A DNA stretch of 24,000 nt from an uncultured Burkholderiales bacterium (GTDB taxonomy: Bacteria; Actinomycetota; Acidimicrobiia; IMCC26256; JAMXLJ01): positions 1 to 24,000 of the forward strand of contig CAZJSY010000002.1 in assembly GCA_964548555.1 (NCBI GenBank). The letters run 5' to 3'. Below are positions 8,381 through 15,489 of this stretch, piece after piece. The notes under the pieces are model-generated. The model worked only from the letters and a program-made list of their open reading frames with translations. It did not search any database and was not told where the DNA came from. Positions within the stretch are counted from its first letter, which is position 1, and each line of letters starts with the position of its first letter. The translations under genes were made by a program, and so were the position numbers.

Positions 8381-8653
8381 CTATTCCGGCGCGCTCGCCC
8401 GCAGCGCGTCGAGCTCGTCGGCATATGCCTGCCCGATGCTCTCGAGGAACTCCAACGCGTCCGCGGCCTCACGTTCGTCGATCTTCGAGAGTGCGAAGCC
8501 GACGTGGATCAACACCCAGTCGCCGGGAACGAGCGACTCTCCCTCCAGCAAGCCGATGTTGATCGTCCGCCGCACGCCGCTGACCGCAACGGTTGCCAGA
8601 TCGGGCTCCTCGTCGCGCAGCTCGACGATCTCACCGGGTATTCCGAGACACAC
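8381..8653 (-). CDS. hypC: Hydrogenase assembly chaperone HypC/HupF family (90 aa)
   Basis: GTG at 8653..8651 gives (M)CLGIPGEIVEL...GDWVLIHVGFALSKIDEREA, the HypC signature with Cys at position 2. GAGGAGG lies 4-5 nt upstream. The 134-aa track ORF is an upstream extension. Confidence 0.9.
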   Translation of the reverse strand: MCLGIPGEIVELRDEEPDLATVAVSGVRRTINIGLLEGESLVPGDWVLIHVGFALSKIDEREAADALEFLESIGQAYADELDALRASAPE

Positions 8654-8670
8654 GGGGCCTCCTCTCGCGG

Positions 8671-8778
8671 CTACATCGCCCGGATCTTGAGGTAACGCTC
8701 GAGGTCGGACCGCTGCCGGTACGCGACGTAGGCCGCCAACCCCAGCAGTGCGAGCATCATGAGCTTTCCCATCCGCAT
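8671..8778 (-). CDS. 35-aa single-pass membrane micro-protein MRMGKLMMLALLGLAAYVAYRQRSDLERYLKIRAM (not in the ORF track)
   Basis: Hand translation of the reverse complement of 8671..8778. ATG 8778..8776 overlaps the endopeptidase TGA (8780..8778) as TGATG. TAG stop at 8673..8671, 17 nt before the hypC GTG. 32 of 35 codons end in G/C. It has a hydrophobic helix followed by a basic amphipathic tail. It resembles what I recall as the DUF6893 small-protein family of actinobacterial hydrogenase loci (unverified). Confidence 0.6.
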   Translation of the reverse strand: MRMGKLMMLALLGLAAYVAYRQRSDLERYLKIRAM

Positions 8779-9281
8779 CACTCACCGTCCTTGTGTCGGA
8801 CCAGCTGTCTCGTCTCGGCCTCGAGGAGGTCGCGTACGACCGCCACCGCTTCGTCGACGGCCCGTTCCACGGCCGCGCTGAGACCGATGCCCTCGCCCAC
8901 GTCGGCCGGCTCGCATCCCACGACGAGCGTGACCGGTGGGCGCGCCTCGAGCGCGGTGAGGAGCGTGAGCACCGACACCGGTTCGAGCGAATGGCCGTCG
9001 CACATCGGGGGGTTCTGCTCCGCGGCCGCGTCGAGCTCCGCGAAGTCGGGTTGGAACACGCAGACGGTTCCGGGTTCGACGCCGCGGGGCAGCGCGTCGA
9101 CCACGATCAACGCGTCGTAGCCGTCGAGGAGCTGGTACGCAAGGTGGATGCTGCCCGTCCCGACGTCGAGAACCTCGACACCTTCGGGGAGCTGCTCGCG
9201 TGCGAGTCGTCCGACGACCTCGACGCCGAACCCGTCGTCGCCGAGGAAGATGTTGCCGACGCCCGCGACCAGGAGTCTCAC
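8778..9281 (-). CDS. hupD: [NiFe]-hydrogenase maturation endopeptidase, HybD/HupD/HyaD family (167 aa)
   Basis: GTG 9281..9279 gives (M)RLLVAGVGNIFLGDDGFGVEV..., IVVDA and CDGHSL, which match endopeptidase motifs. The GTG overlaps the upstream TGA (9280..9278) as GTGA. The 378-aa track ORF is an Arg-rich upstream extension. Confidence 0.9.
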   Translation of the reverse strand: MRLLVAGVGNIFLGDDGFGVEVVGRLAREQLPEGVEVLDVGTGSIHLAYQLLDGYDALIVVDALPRGVEPGTVCVFQPDFAELDAAAEQNPPMCDGHSLEPVSVLTLLTALEARPPVTLVVGCEPADVGEGIGLSAAVERAVDEAVAVVRDLLEAETRQLVRHKDGE

Positions 9282-10618
9282 AGCGGTTGCACCTCGTCGG
9301 GTGAGAAGTAGAGGAACCGGCCGTGCCACTGCAGGATCTCGGACGCGGGGTCGTCGTCGACCGTGACCGCGAGGTAGTGCCGGTCGTCGACGTCGGCCAG
9401 CACCGCTTCGACCGTCGCGACGCGCCCCTGGAGGAACATGTCCTGCGCGTCGGCGCGTTGCGATCCCGGGTGCAGCCGGACCCGTGATCCGCGGGCGAGC
9501 ACGACCGAACCGACGACCACGGAGTCCGTCTCGGGCGAAACGGTCGTGTCGCTCCCGGGATCCCACCACGGAACCGATGCGTCCGAAGGCTGCGGCGGCG
9601 CGCTGGTCGAGGTGGGCGTGACCGAGCGGATGGCGCCGTGGAGCCGTTCGAGCCACTCGGGCGGCATCGCATCGACCCGGTCGACGACCGCGGCCGCGCG
9701 TGGATCGGTCGCGCGGGCCGCTTCCTTCTCGTCGTCGGTCAGCGCCATCGTGCGCAACGTCAGGATCTCGTCGATCTCGGTGCCGTCGAAGAGCTCGCCG
9801 GCACTCTCCGGCGCGATCTCGGGCCGGTCGTAGAGGATGATCGGAGACGACAGCACGACCTCGCCGCCTTCGCCGTCGTCGACCAGCACGGGATACGTGT
9901 GGAGGTTGGCGCACGCCTGCGCCTCGTCACGAGCCCACTCCGGTGGGTCGAGGAGCGAGATGAAGCGCCCACCGTCCAGCGCGAGCAACACGTGGGTGGA
10001 GACGAGCGCGCGTCGTAAAGCGGTGTCGCGACCGATGGAAGGTTCAACCCGCGTCGCGTTCACCACCCGGATCCCGAGTCGGACGGCACCGAACGGGCCC
10101 GGAGTCCGCTCGGCACGAGCGCGTACGACACCCCTGACGGGCAGCTGCTCGCGCACGATACGGCCCACCTCGTGTCCGGTTCCGTCGGTCACCGGCTCCT
10201 CGTCGCGGCCCGCGGCGATCTCGAAGGGTGTTTCCCGTTCCTGGTCGAAGAGCGCCGCGAGCTCGAACGACACGTCCACCTCACGTGCGACGCCTTCGTC
10301 CCACGTGACGTACTGGTGGCCGTCGACGACGAGCGAGTCGACGGCTGTGAACCCTGACTCGACGAGCTGTTCGACGCGGCGCGCCTGCACCTGCAGGAAG
10401 CGCACACGGACGTTCAGCGTCGCGTCTTCGGCTGCTTCCAGCAGCAGCTCGGTGTACGAGAAGGTCGTCTCTCCGGCGGCCTCCGCGTAGCCCGACGGTG
10501 CGAGCACACCGAACTGCCAGCGCACCTGGTTCTTCTGCGCGGTGCTGCGGTACGGATAGAGCAGGTACCCCTCGAAGAGCACCGCGTCCGCGACCTTCGT
10601 CGCCGCGTCGAACCTCAC
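9278..10618 (-). CDS. Conserved hydrogenase-cluster protein of unknown function (446 aa)
   Basis: GTG 10618..10616 overlaps the upstream TGA (10617..10615) as GTGA. It starts (M)RFDAATKVADAVLFEGYLLYPYRSTAQKNQVRWQFGVL. A Ser/Thr/Pro linker (TPTSTSAPPQPSDAS) precedes an approximately 80-aa C-terminal module (...GSRVRLHPG...GRVATVEAVLADVDDRHYLAVTVDDDPA...GRFLYFSPDEVQPL). No cofactor motif recognised. Confidence 0.8.
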   Translation of the reverse strand: MRFDAATKVADAVLFEGYLLYPYRSTAQKNQVRWQFGVLAPSGYAEAAGETTFSYTELLLEAAEDATLNVRVRFLQVQARRVEQLVESGFTAVDSLVVDGHQYVTWDEGVAREVDVSFELAALFDQERETPFEIAAGRDEEPVTDGTGHEVGRIVREQLPVRGVVRARAERTPGPFGAVRLGIRVVNATRVEPSIGRDTALRRALVSTHVLLALDGGRFISLLDPPEWARDEAQACANLHTYPVLVDDGEGGEVVLSSPIILYDRPEIAPESAGELFDGTEIDEILTLRTMALTDDEKEAARATDPRAAAVVDRVDAMPPEWLERLHGAIRSVTPTSTSAPPQPSDASVPWWDPGSDTTVSPETDSVVVGSVVLARGSRVRLHPGSQRADAQDMFLQGRVATVEAVLADVDDRHYLAVTVDDDPASEILQWHGRFLYFSPDEVQPL

Positions 10619-11268
10619 CGGGTCTCCTCCCCGGCTTCCTTGAGGAGCCGCTCGACCGCGTCGTCCCACGTGGCCATCGCTTCGCGGCCCCGGTAGCGGC
10701 GGAGCGCGTCGATGGTTTCGCGCCGCATCAGGAGCCAGCCCTGGTTCGGGAAGAACGAGTCGATCATCTCGCGCCACACCGCCACGGGGAGCCGGACCCG
10801 CGTCTCGTGGTGCCACGGGATCTGGTGCGCGCTGAAACCGCTGTCGCCCTGCGCGAAGACCGTTCCGGAGAAGAGGAGCACCAGTGGGATCTCGCCGCCT
10901 TCCAGCGAGGCGAAGTACTTACCCCACGCGACCTCGAGGTCGTAGCTGCACGGCACGCTCAGCGTGGTCTCGACGTGGTGCGTGAATCCGGGCACGGTGT
11001 GCGACACGGATGCGAACTGCATCGGGTGCACCGTGTCGCCCCAGTGCTCCGGTACACCGAACAGGTCGTACAACGCGGTCTGCTCGGCCGCGGTGTACCG
11101 GCGCCGGCCCGGTTCGATGCGGATCTGGCAGCGCAGCGCCATCGCGTGGATCCGCTCACCCGTGCTCTCGTTGATCCGCAGACCGAAGGAGAGGGTCGGT
11201 GCGGCGGCGTACCGGTCGCTGCGTACGTCGACGCACTCGAACGACAGCTCGAGCGGCACCACGGTCAT
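10615..11268 (-). CDS. Conserved hydrogenase-cluster protein of unknown function, DUF6084-like (217 aa)
   Basis: ATG 11268..11266 overlaps the upstream TGA (11267..11265) as ATGA. It starts MTVVPLELSFECVDVRSDRYAAAPTLSFGLRI. The family name is from memory only. The 395-aa track ORF is an Arg-rich extension running through the upstream gene. Confidence 0.8.
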   Translation of the reverse strand: MTVVPLELSFECVDVRSDRYAAAPTLSFGLRINESTGERIHAMALRCQIRIEPGRRRYTAAEQTALYDLFGVPEHWGDTVHPMQFASVSHTVPGFTHHVETTLSVPCSYDLEVAWGKYFASLEGGEIPLVLLFSGTVFAQGDSGFSAHQIPWHHETRVRLPVAVWREMIDSFFPNQGWLLMRRETIDALRRYRGREAMATWDDAVERLLKEAGEETR

Positions 11269-11873
11269 GCCCCGCTCCGTTCGCGCAATGCCGCGAAGAA
11301 CCGCCCCATCTCGCCGCGAAGCTCGGAGCCGCCGTCGAACCCCTTCCAGCGCGCGCGCATGAGCCCGACCAGCTCGTAGCACGCGTCGATCGGCACGAGA
11401 TACGACGCGAAGCCGCTTCCCTCGCGGGTCACGAGCACCGCCTCGACATCGGACACGAGGTCGGTGAAGAGCGGGTCGGCGCCCGCGATCTCGTCGCACG
11501 TCTCGGGTCCGAGTGTGCACTCCGTCGCACCGGCCGGGCTCGGATAGAACGCGACGATGCGGTCGAGGACCGAGTTGCGGAAGAAGAACGCGGTCGAGAC
11601 GGGGATCTGTGCGGCGTCCCACTGGGCCGGCCCGATCGGCGACGACGCCTGATACCGGTATCGGTCGGGCACCGCGCGGTACCGGCCGCCTCCGGCTCCC
11701 GACCGTGTGAAGAGCAGCCGGCATGCGGTACACGTGCAGAGCAACCGGCGGGTGTCGGTCTCGACGACGTGGCCATGCTCGTGCGCGATCCGCTCGCCGC
11801 ACAGCTCGCAGCGCTCCTCGCGCTCGCGGGTGGTGCGCACCGGTTGCGCGAACCGCCGCAGCACCCCGGTCAT
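11265..11873 (-). CDS. Conserved hydrogenase-cluster protein with an N-terminal CxxC...CxCxxC motif, DUF5947-like (202 aa)
   Basis: ATG 11873..11871. The N-terminus carries CELCGERIAHEHGHVVETDTRRLLCTCTAC, five Cys plus three His within 30 residues, consistent with a metal-binding knuckle. The family name is from memory only. Confidence 0.8.
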   Translation of the reverse strand: MTGVLRRFAQPVRTTREREERCELCGERIAHEHGHVVETDTRRLLCTCTACRLLFTRSGAGGGRYRAVPDRYRYQASSPIGPAQWDAAQIPVSTAFFFRNSVLDRIVAFYPSPAGATECTLGPETCDEIAGADPLFTDLVSDVEAVLVTREGSGFASYLVPIDACYELVGLMRARWKGFDGGSELRGEMGRFFAALRERSGA

Positions 11874-11892
11874 GGGCGTCCCATCCGCCGCT

Positions 11893-11939
11893 CAGTTGGG
11901 ACGGTTGTCCGTGATATTGACGGGAAAGTGTCCCAACTG
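11893..11939. promoter_or_regulatory. Perfect 10-bp inverted repeat CAGTTGGGAC-N27-GTCCCAACTG with a nested AT-rich hairpin, in the only sizeable intercistronic gap of the operon
   Basis: Read directly. 11893..11902 and 11930..11939 are exact reverse complements. The 27-nt spacer contains CCGT-GATATTG-ACGG. The element lies in the 85-bp gap between the NifU-like stop (11959) and the next ATG (11873). Confidence 0.5.
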
Positions 11940-11958
11940 CCGAAGGGGTGGGGGGTGG

Positions 11959-12465
11959 TCATGCCGACGCTCCGGAGGTGCGCGTCGGGCCGAAGGTGAC
12001 CGGCACCGCGACGGGAGCGGTCTCCACCTCGACGCGGATCACCTCCGGCGCGGCCTCGAGCACCGCGGTCTCGAGCAGCGCGGCGATCGCACCGTTCGAC
12101 GCGCCGCAACCGTTTCCGCGTCCGTCGGTCCGGAACCGCGCGATGCCTTCCCCGTCGATCCCGACGAACTCGACGTCGACGCCGGCACCAGAACGAAGCC
12201 GGTGCACGGTCTCGCGGATCCGCGTGTGCGCGTCGACGGGGTGGATGCCGTGCAGCAGGAGCAACGCGGAGACGAGCTCGTCGCTCGTCAGGCGGACGGC
12301 GTCGTCGCCCAGCAGCTCCACGACACGGGTGAGGCCGGCACCGTAGAGCTCGACGAGCACTGCGACGAGCTCCTCGGCTTCGTCGCGCGCGCCGTCACCG
12401 CGTGCCGCCAACCGGTCGAGCAGCGTTTCGATCCGATCCTCCATCTCGCGCGGGTCCACCGCCAC
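11959..12465 (-). CDS. NifU-like domain protein at the HhyE position, immediately downstream of the large subunit (168 aa)
   Basis: GTG 12465..12463 lies 9 nt after the hhyL stop; an alternative ATG is at 12444. The protein has a helical N-terminal half. The C-terminal half VDVEFVGIDGEGIARFRTDGRGNGCGASNGAIAALLETAVLEAAPEV resembles the NifU C-terminal fold but carries only one Cys. Confidence 0.8.
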   Translation of the reverse strand: MAVDPREMEDRIETLLDRLAARGDGARDEAEELVAVLVELYGAGLTRVVELLGDDAVRLTSDELVSALLLLHGIHPVDAHTRIRETVHRLRSGAGVDVEFVGIDGEGIARFRTDGRGNGCGASNGAIAALLETAVLEAAPEVIRVEVETAPVAVPVTFGPTRTSGASA

Positions 12466-12474
12466 GACGGCCGC

Positions 12475-14274
12475 CTACCGGTTGTACGGGAGCATCGTGG
12501 GTGAGTGCACCTGCTCGAGCACCTTGCCCTTGCCGAGGTACATGTGCACGCCGCACGGCAGGCATGGGTCGAAGCTGCGGACGGCCCGCATCACGTCGAT
12601 GCCCTTGAAGTTCTCGGGCGGGTTCTCCTCGAAGATCGGCGTGTTCTGCACCGCGTCCTCGTACGGTCCCGGCGTGCCGTAGACGTCCCGGACGCTGCCG
12701 TTCCACGGCGTGGGCGGGTACGGGTGATAGTTCGCGATCTTTCCGTCCCGTATCACCATGTGGTGCGACAGCACGCCGCGCACGGCTTCGGTGAATCCGC
12801 AACTGATCGCCTCTTCGGGCACGACGAAGGGCTCCCACGTCTTGGTGTGTCCGGCGCGCACCTCAGAGAGCGCTTTCTCCGCGAAGTGCAGCGCGCACGC
12901 GGCCGAGTATGCCTGGAAGTAGGTGCGGGCGCGGTCGCGTTCGATGGCGTTGCTCCACTTCGGGATCTTCCACTCGAAGTGGGCCTCGGGCTTCGTCGCG
13001 GTGCGCGGCAGGTTGATCTCCACGCTGTTGCCGGTCGCCTTCACGTACCCGATGTCGACGAGTCCCGCGAGGGCCGTGGCCCAGAGCCGAGCGAGGGGGC
13101 CACCCCCGGTGTCGAGCGGCAGGTAGTCCTTCCCGTCGAACCACCGGGGAGACATCACCCAGCTGTACTTGTCGTCGAAGTCCCGCTTCTGCGGCTTGGG
13201 GATCGTGTGCTGGTTCCACGGATGACGGCGATCGACGGGATTCCCGAGCGGGTCGTGCGTGACGAAGCGCTCCTTGTCCTCCCAGTCCTCGTAATAGGAG
13301 CTGCCGAGCAGGATCCGGAGGCCGAGGTTGATGTCGACGAGGTCGGTCGTCACGAGACGTCCGTCGACCACGACACCGGGCGTCACGAACATCTTGCGAC
13401 CCCAGTTCGACATGTTCTCGTACGTGAAGTCGCAGTGCTCCGGGTCGTTGAGGCTGCCCCAGCATCCGAGGAGCACCCGGCGCTGACCGACCTGCTCGTA
13501 ACCGGGGATGGCTTCGTAGAAGAAGTCGAACAGGTCGTCGTGCATCGGTACGACACGCTTCATGAACTCGACGTAGCGCATCAAGCGCGTCAGGTAATCG
13601 GTGAAGACCTGCACCGTCCCCGATGTCCCGACACCGCCCGGATAGAGCGTCGACGGGTGAACGTGGCGACCCTCCATGAGGCAGAACATCTCTCGTGTGC
13701 TGCGACTCACCTGGAGCGCTTCGCGGTAGAACTCACCCTCGATCGGGTTGAGCGATCGCATGATGTCGCCGATCGTGCGATACCCGTGCTCGGCGGCGTG
13801 CGGTGCCTCGGTGCGGTTCGCCTGCTCGAGCACACCGGGGTTGGTCTCGCCGACCATCTTCTCGCAGAAGTCGACCCCGACGAGGTTCTCCTGAAAGATG
13901 TTGTGGTCGAACATGTACTCCGCGGCCTCGCCGAGATTGATGATCCACTCGCCGAGGTGCGGTGGTCGCACTCCGTAGGCCATGTTCTGGTTGTAGACGG
14001 AGCACGTCGCGTGGTTGTCACCGCAGATCCCGCAGATCCGGCTCGTGATGAAATGCGCGTCGCGGGGGTCCTTACCTTTCATGAAGATGCTGTAGCCCCG
14101 GAAGATCGACGACGTGCTGTAGCACTCGACGACCTTCTTCTGCGCGAAGTCGATCTTGGTGTAGATGCCGAGGCTCCCGACGATGCGGGTGATGGGATCC
14201 CACGCCATCTCGACGACGTTGGTGCCGGATTCACCCGGTCCGCTCCCACCTTCACGCCGCTCGGTGATGGTCAT
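12475..14274 (-). CDS. hhyL: [NiFe]-hydrogenase large subunit, group 1h/5 (599 aa)
   Basis: The N-terminal Ni-binding motif is ITSRICGICGDNHA. The C-terminal motif is SFDPCLPCGVH, followed by a 22-aa tail (MYLGKGKVLEQVHSPTMLPYNR) that would be the endopeptidase-cleaved extension. ATG 14274 is preceded by AGAGGAGGGA. These L1/L2 forms are the ones described for group 5/1h enzymes. Confidence 0.97.
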   Translation of the reverse strand: MTITERREGGSGPGESGTNVVEMAWDPITRIVGSLGIYTKIDFAQKKVVECYSTSSIFRGYSIFMKGKDPRDAHFITSRICGICGDNHATCSVYNQNMAYGVRPPHLGEWIINLGEAAEYMFDHNIFQENLVGVDFCEKMVGETNPGVLEQANRTEAPHAAEHGYRTIGDIMRSLNPIEGEFYREALQVSRSTREMFCLMEGRHVHPSTLYPGGVGTSGTVQVFTDYLTRLMRYVEFMKRVVPMHDDLFDFFYEAIPGYEQVGQRRVLLGCWGSLNDPEHCDFTYENMSNWGRKMFVTPGVVVDGRLVTTDLVDINLGLRILLGSSYYEDWEDKERFVTHDPLGNPVDRRHPWNQHTIPKPQKRDFDDKYSWVMSPRWFDGKDYLPLDTGGGPLARLWATALAGLVDIGYVKATGNSVEINLPRTATKPEAHFEWKIPKWSNAIERDRARTYFQAYSAACALHFAEKALSEVRAGHTKTWEPFVVPEEAISCGFTEAVRGVLSHHMVIRDGKIANYHPYPPTPWNGSVRDVYGTPGPYEDAVQNTPIFEENPPENFKGIDVMRAVRSFDPCLPCGVHMYLGKGKVLEQVHSPTMLPYNR

Positions 14275-14328
14275 GCCTGTCCCTCCTCTTCTGACCTGCC
14301 GTGCACGAGCGCGAGCCGCTGGCCCGCG

Positions 14329-15399
14329 TCACCACTGCGGCTGGTACCCCGTTCGCAGCTCCTGACCCGGCGTGCGCCACTTCGGTTCCTTGTCGACCGT
14401 CTTGGCCGTGATCGACCGCAGCGCCCGGATGAGCGGCCCGTACAGCATCCCGGTGACGCCGGTCGACACCGTGCTGCCGGGTGGCTCGTCCATGAACGGC
14501 ATGAACTTGTCGGGGAAGCCCGGCATCGTGCACGCGATGCAGATGCCGCCGACGTTCGGGCAGCCGCCGACTCCGTTGATCCATCCCCGCTTGGGGACGT
14601 TGCACTTCACCACCGGGCCCCAGCAGCCGAGCTTCACGAGGCACTTCGGTGAGCCGTACTCCACCGCGAAGTCACCTTGCTCGTAGAAGCCGGCCCGGTC
14701 GCAGCCCTCGTGAACCGTCGCGCCGAAGAGCCACGTCGGGCGCAGCGCGGAGTCGAGGGGCGGAGCCGGCGAGGCGCCCGTCACGTGGTACAGCAGATGC
14801 AGGATCGTCTCCGAAAGGTTGTCCGGATGGATCGGGCAGCCCGGCACGTTGACGATCGGCAACCCGGCCTTCGAGCGCCAGTTCCACCCGAGGTAGTCGG
14901 CGACGCCCATCGCGCCTGTCGGGTTCCCGGCCATCGCGTGGATGCCTCCGTATGCCGCGCAGGTGCCGGCGGCGATGATCGCGGTCGCCTTCGGCGCGAG
15001 ACGATCGATCCACTCGCTGGTCGTCATGGGCTGGCCGGTCTCGGGGTTGTTGCCGAAGCCGCTCCAGTAACCCTCGGGCTTGATCCGCTCGTTGGGTATC
15101 GAGCCCTCGAGCACGAGGACGAATGGCTCGAGCTCGCCGCGGTCGGCTTTGAAGAACCATTCGATGAAGGTGTCGGCACCCTGTTCGGGGCCACACTCGA
15201 AATCGATCAGGGGCCAATGGACCGCGATCTTCGGCAGGCCGGGCAGTGCACCGAGCACGATCTCCTCGATGCTCGGTTGCGTTGCCGCGGTGAGCGCCAC
15301 CGAGTCGCCGTCGCAACTCAGGCCCGCGTTGATCCAGAGGACATGGACCGTCATGTCCTGCGGGTCGGGTCTGGCCTGCTGCTCGAGCCGGGTGACCAT
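14329..15399 (-). CDS. hhyS: [NiFe]-hydrogenase small subunit, group 1h/5, no Tat signal (356 aa)
   Basis: VHVLWINAGLSCDGDS, AAGTCAAYGGIHA, NVPGCPIHPD, KLGCWGPVVKCNVP and GGCPNVGGICIACTMPGFPDKF are small-subunit Fe-S ligand regions. The start is chosen as ATG 15399..15397 with GGAGGT 7 nt upstream; alternatives are 15447 and 15354. No RRxF twin-arginine leader is present, as expected for group 1h. Confidence 0.93.
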   Translation of the reverse strand: MVTRLEQQARPDPQDMTVHVLWINAGLSCDGDSVALTAATQPSIEEIVLGALPGLPKIAVHWPLIDFECGPEQGADTFIEWFFKADRGELEPFVLVLEGSIPNERIKPEGYWSGFGNNPETGQPMTTSEWIDRLAPKATAIIAAGTCAAYGGIHAMAGNPTGAMGVADYLGWNWRSKAGLPIVNVPGCPIHPDNLSETILHLLYHVTGASPAPPLDSALRPTWLFGATVHEGCDRAGFYEQGDFAVEYGSPKCLVKLGCWGPVVKCNVPKRGWINGVGGCPNVGGICIACTMPGFPDKFMPFMDEPPGSTVSTGVTGMLYGPLIRALRSITAKTVDKEPKWRTPGQELRTGYQPQW

Positions 15400-15417
15400 G
15401 CGGGCCACCTCCCCCCT

Positions 15418-15440
15418 CCGCCCGGCCTGAAGCCGGGCGG
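15418..15440 (-). promoter_or_regulatory. GC-rich hairpin CCGCCCGGC-CTGAA-GCCGGGCGG abutting the hhyS Shine-Dalgarno sequence
   Basis: Read directly: a perfect 9-bp stem with a 5-nt loop. On the minus-strand transcript, the 3' arm is followed immediately by AGGGGGGAGGTGGCCCGC-ATG. It sits in the 90-nt gap after the SIS-fusion stop (15490). No U-tract follows. Confidence 0.4.
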
Positions 15441-15489
15441 TGCGCACGCCCGTTCTTTCTTCGAATGTGAGAGAGCTGCCGCTGCGCTT

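Noticed and set aside
7243-11802. N-terminal extensions of track ORFs: hypE to 7419, hypC to 8785, endopeptidase to 9914, 446-aa gene to 10816, DUF6084-like gene to 11802. Also dnaK to 2640, hypF from 3294 and hhyS to 15447
   Set aside because: The extensions are Arg/Pro/Gly-rich, overlap the preceding well-supported gene, and lack a Shine-Dalgarno sequence. Internal starts give canonical N-termini (MCLGIP for HypC, GVGNIFLGDDG for the protease, [10 protein letters not shown] for DnaK) and classic 1-4 nt stop/start overlaps.
14329-15399. Missing twin-arginine signal peptide on the hydrogenase small subunit, read as a possible truncation
   Set aside because: Absence of a Tat leader is a known property of group 1h/5 small subunits. 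The alternative upstream starts do not add an RRxF motif either.
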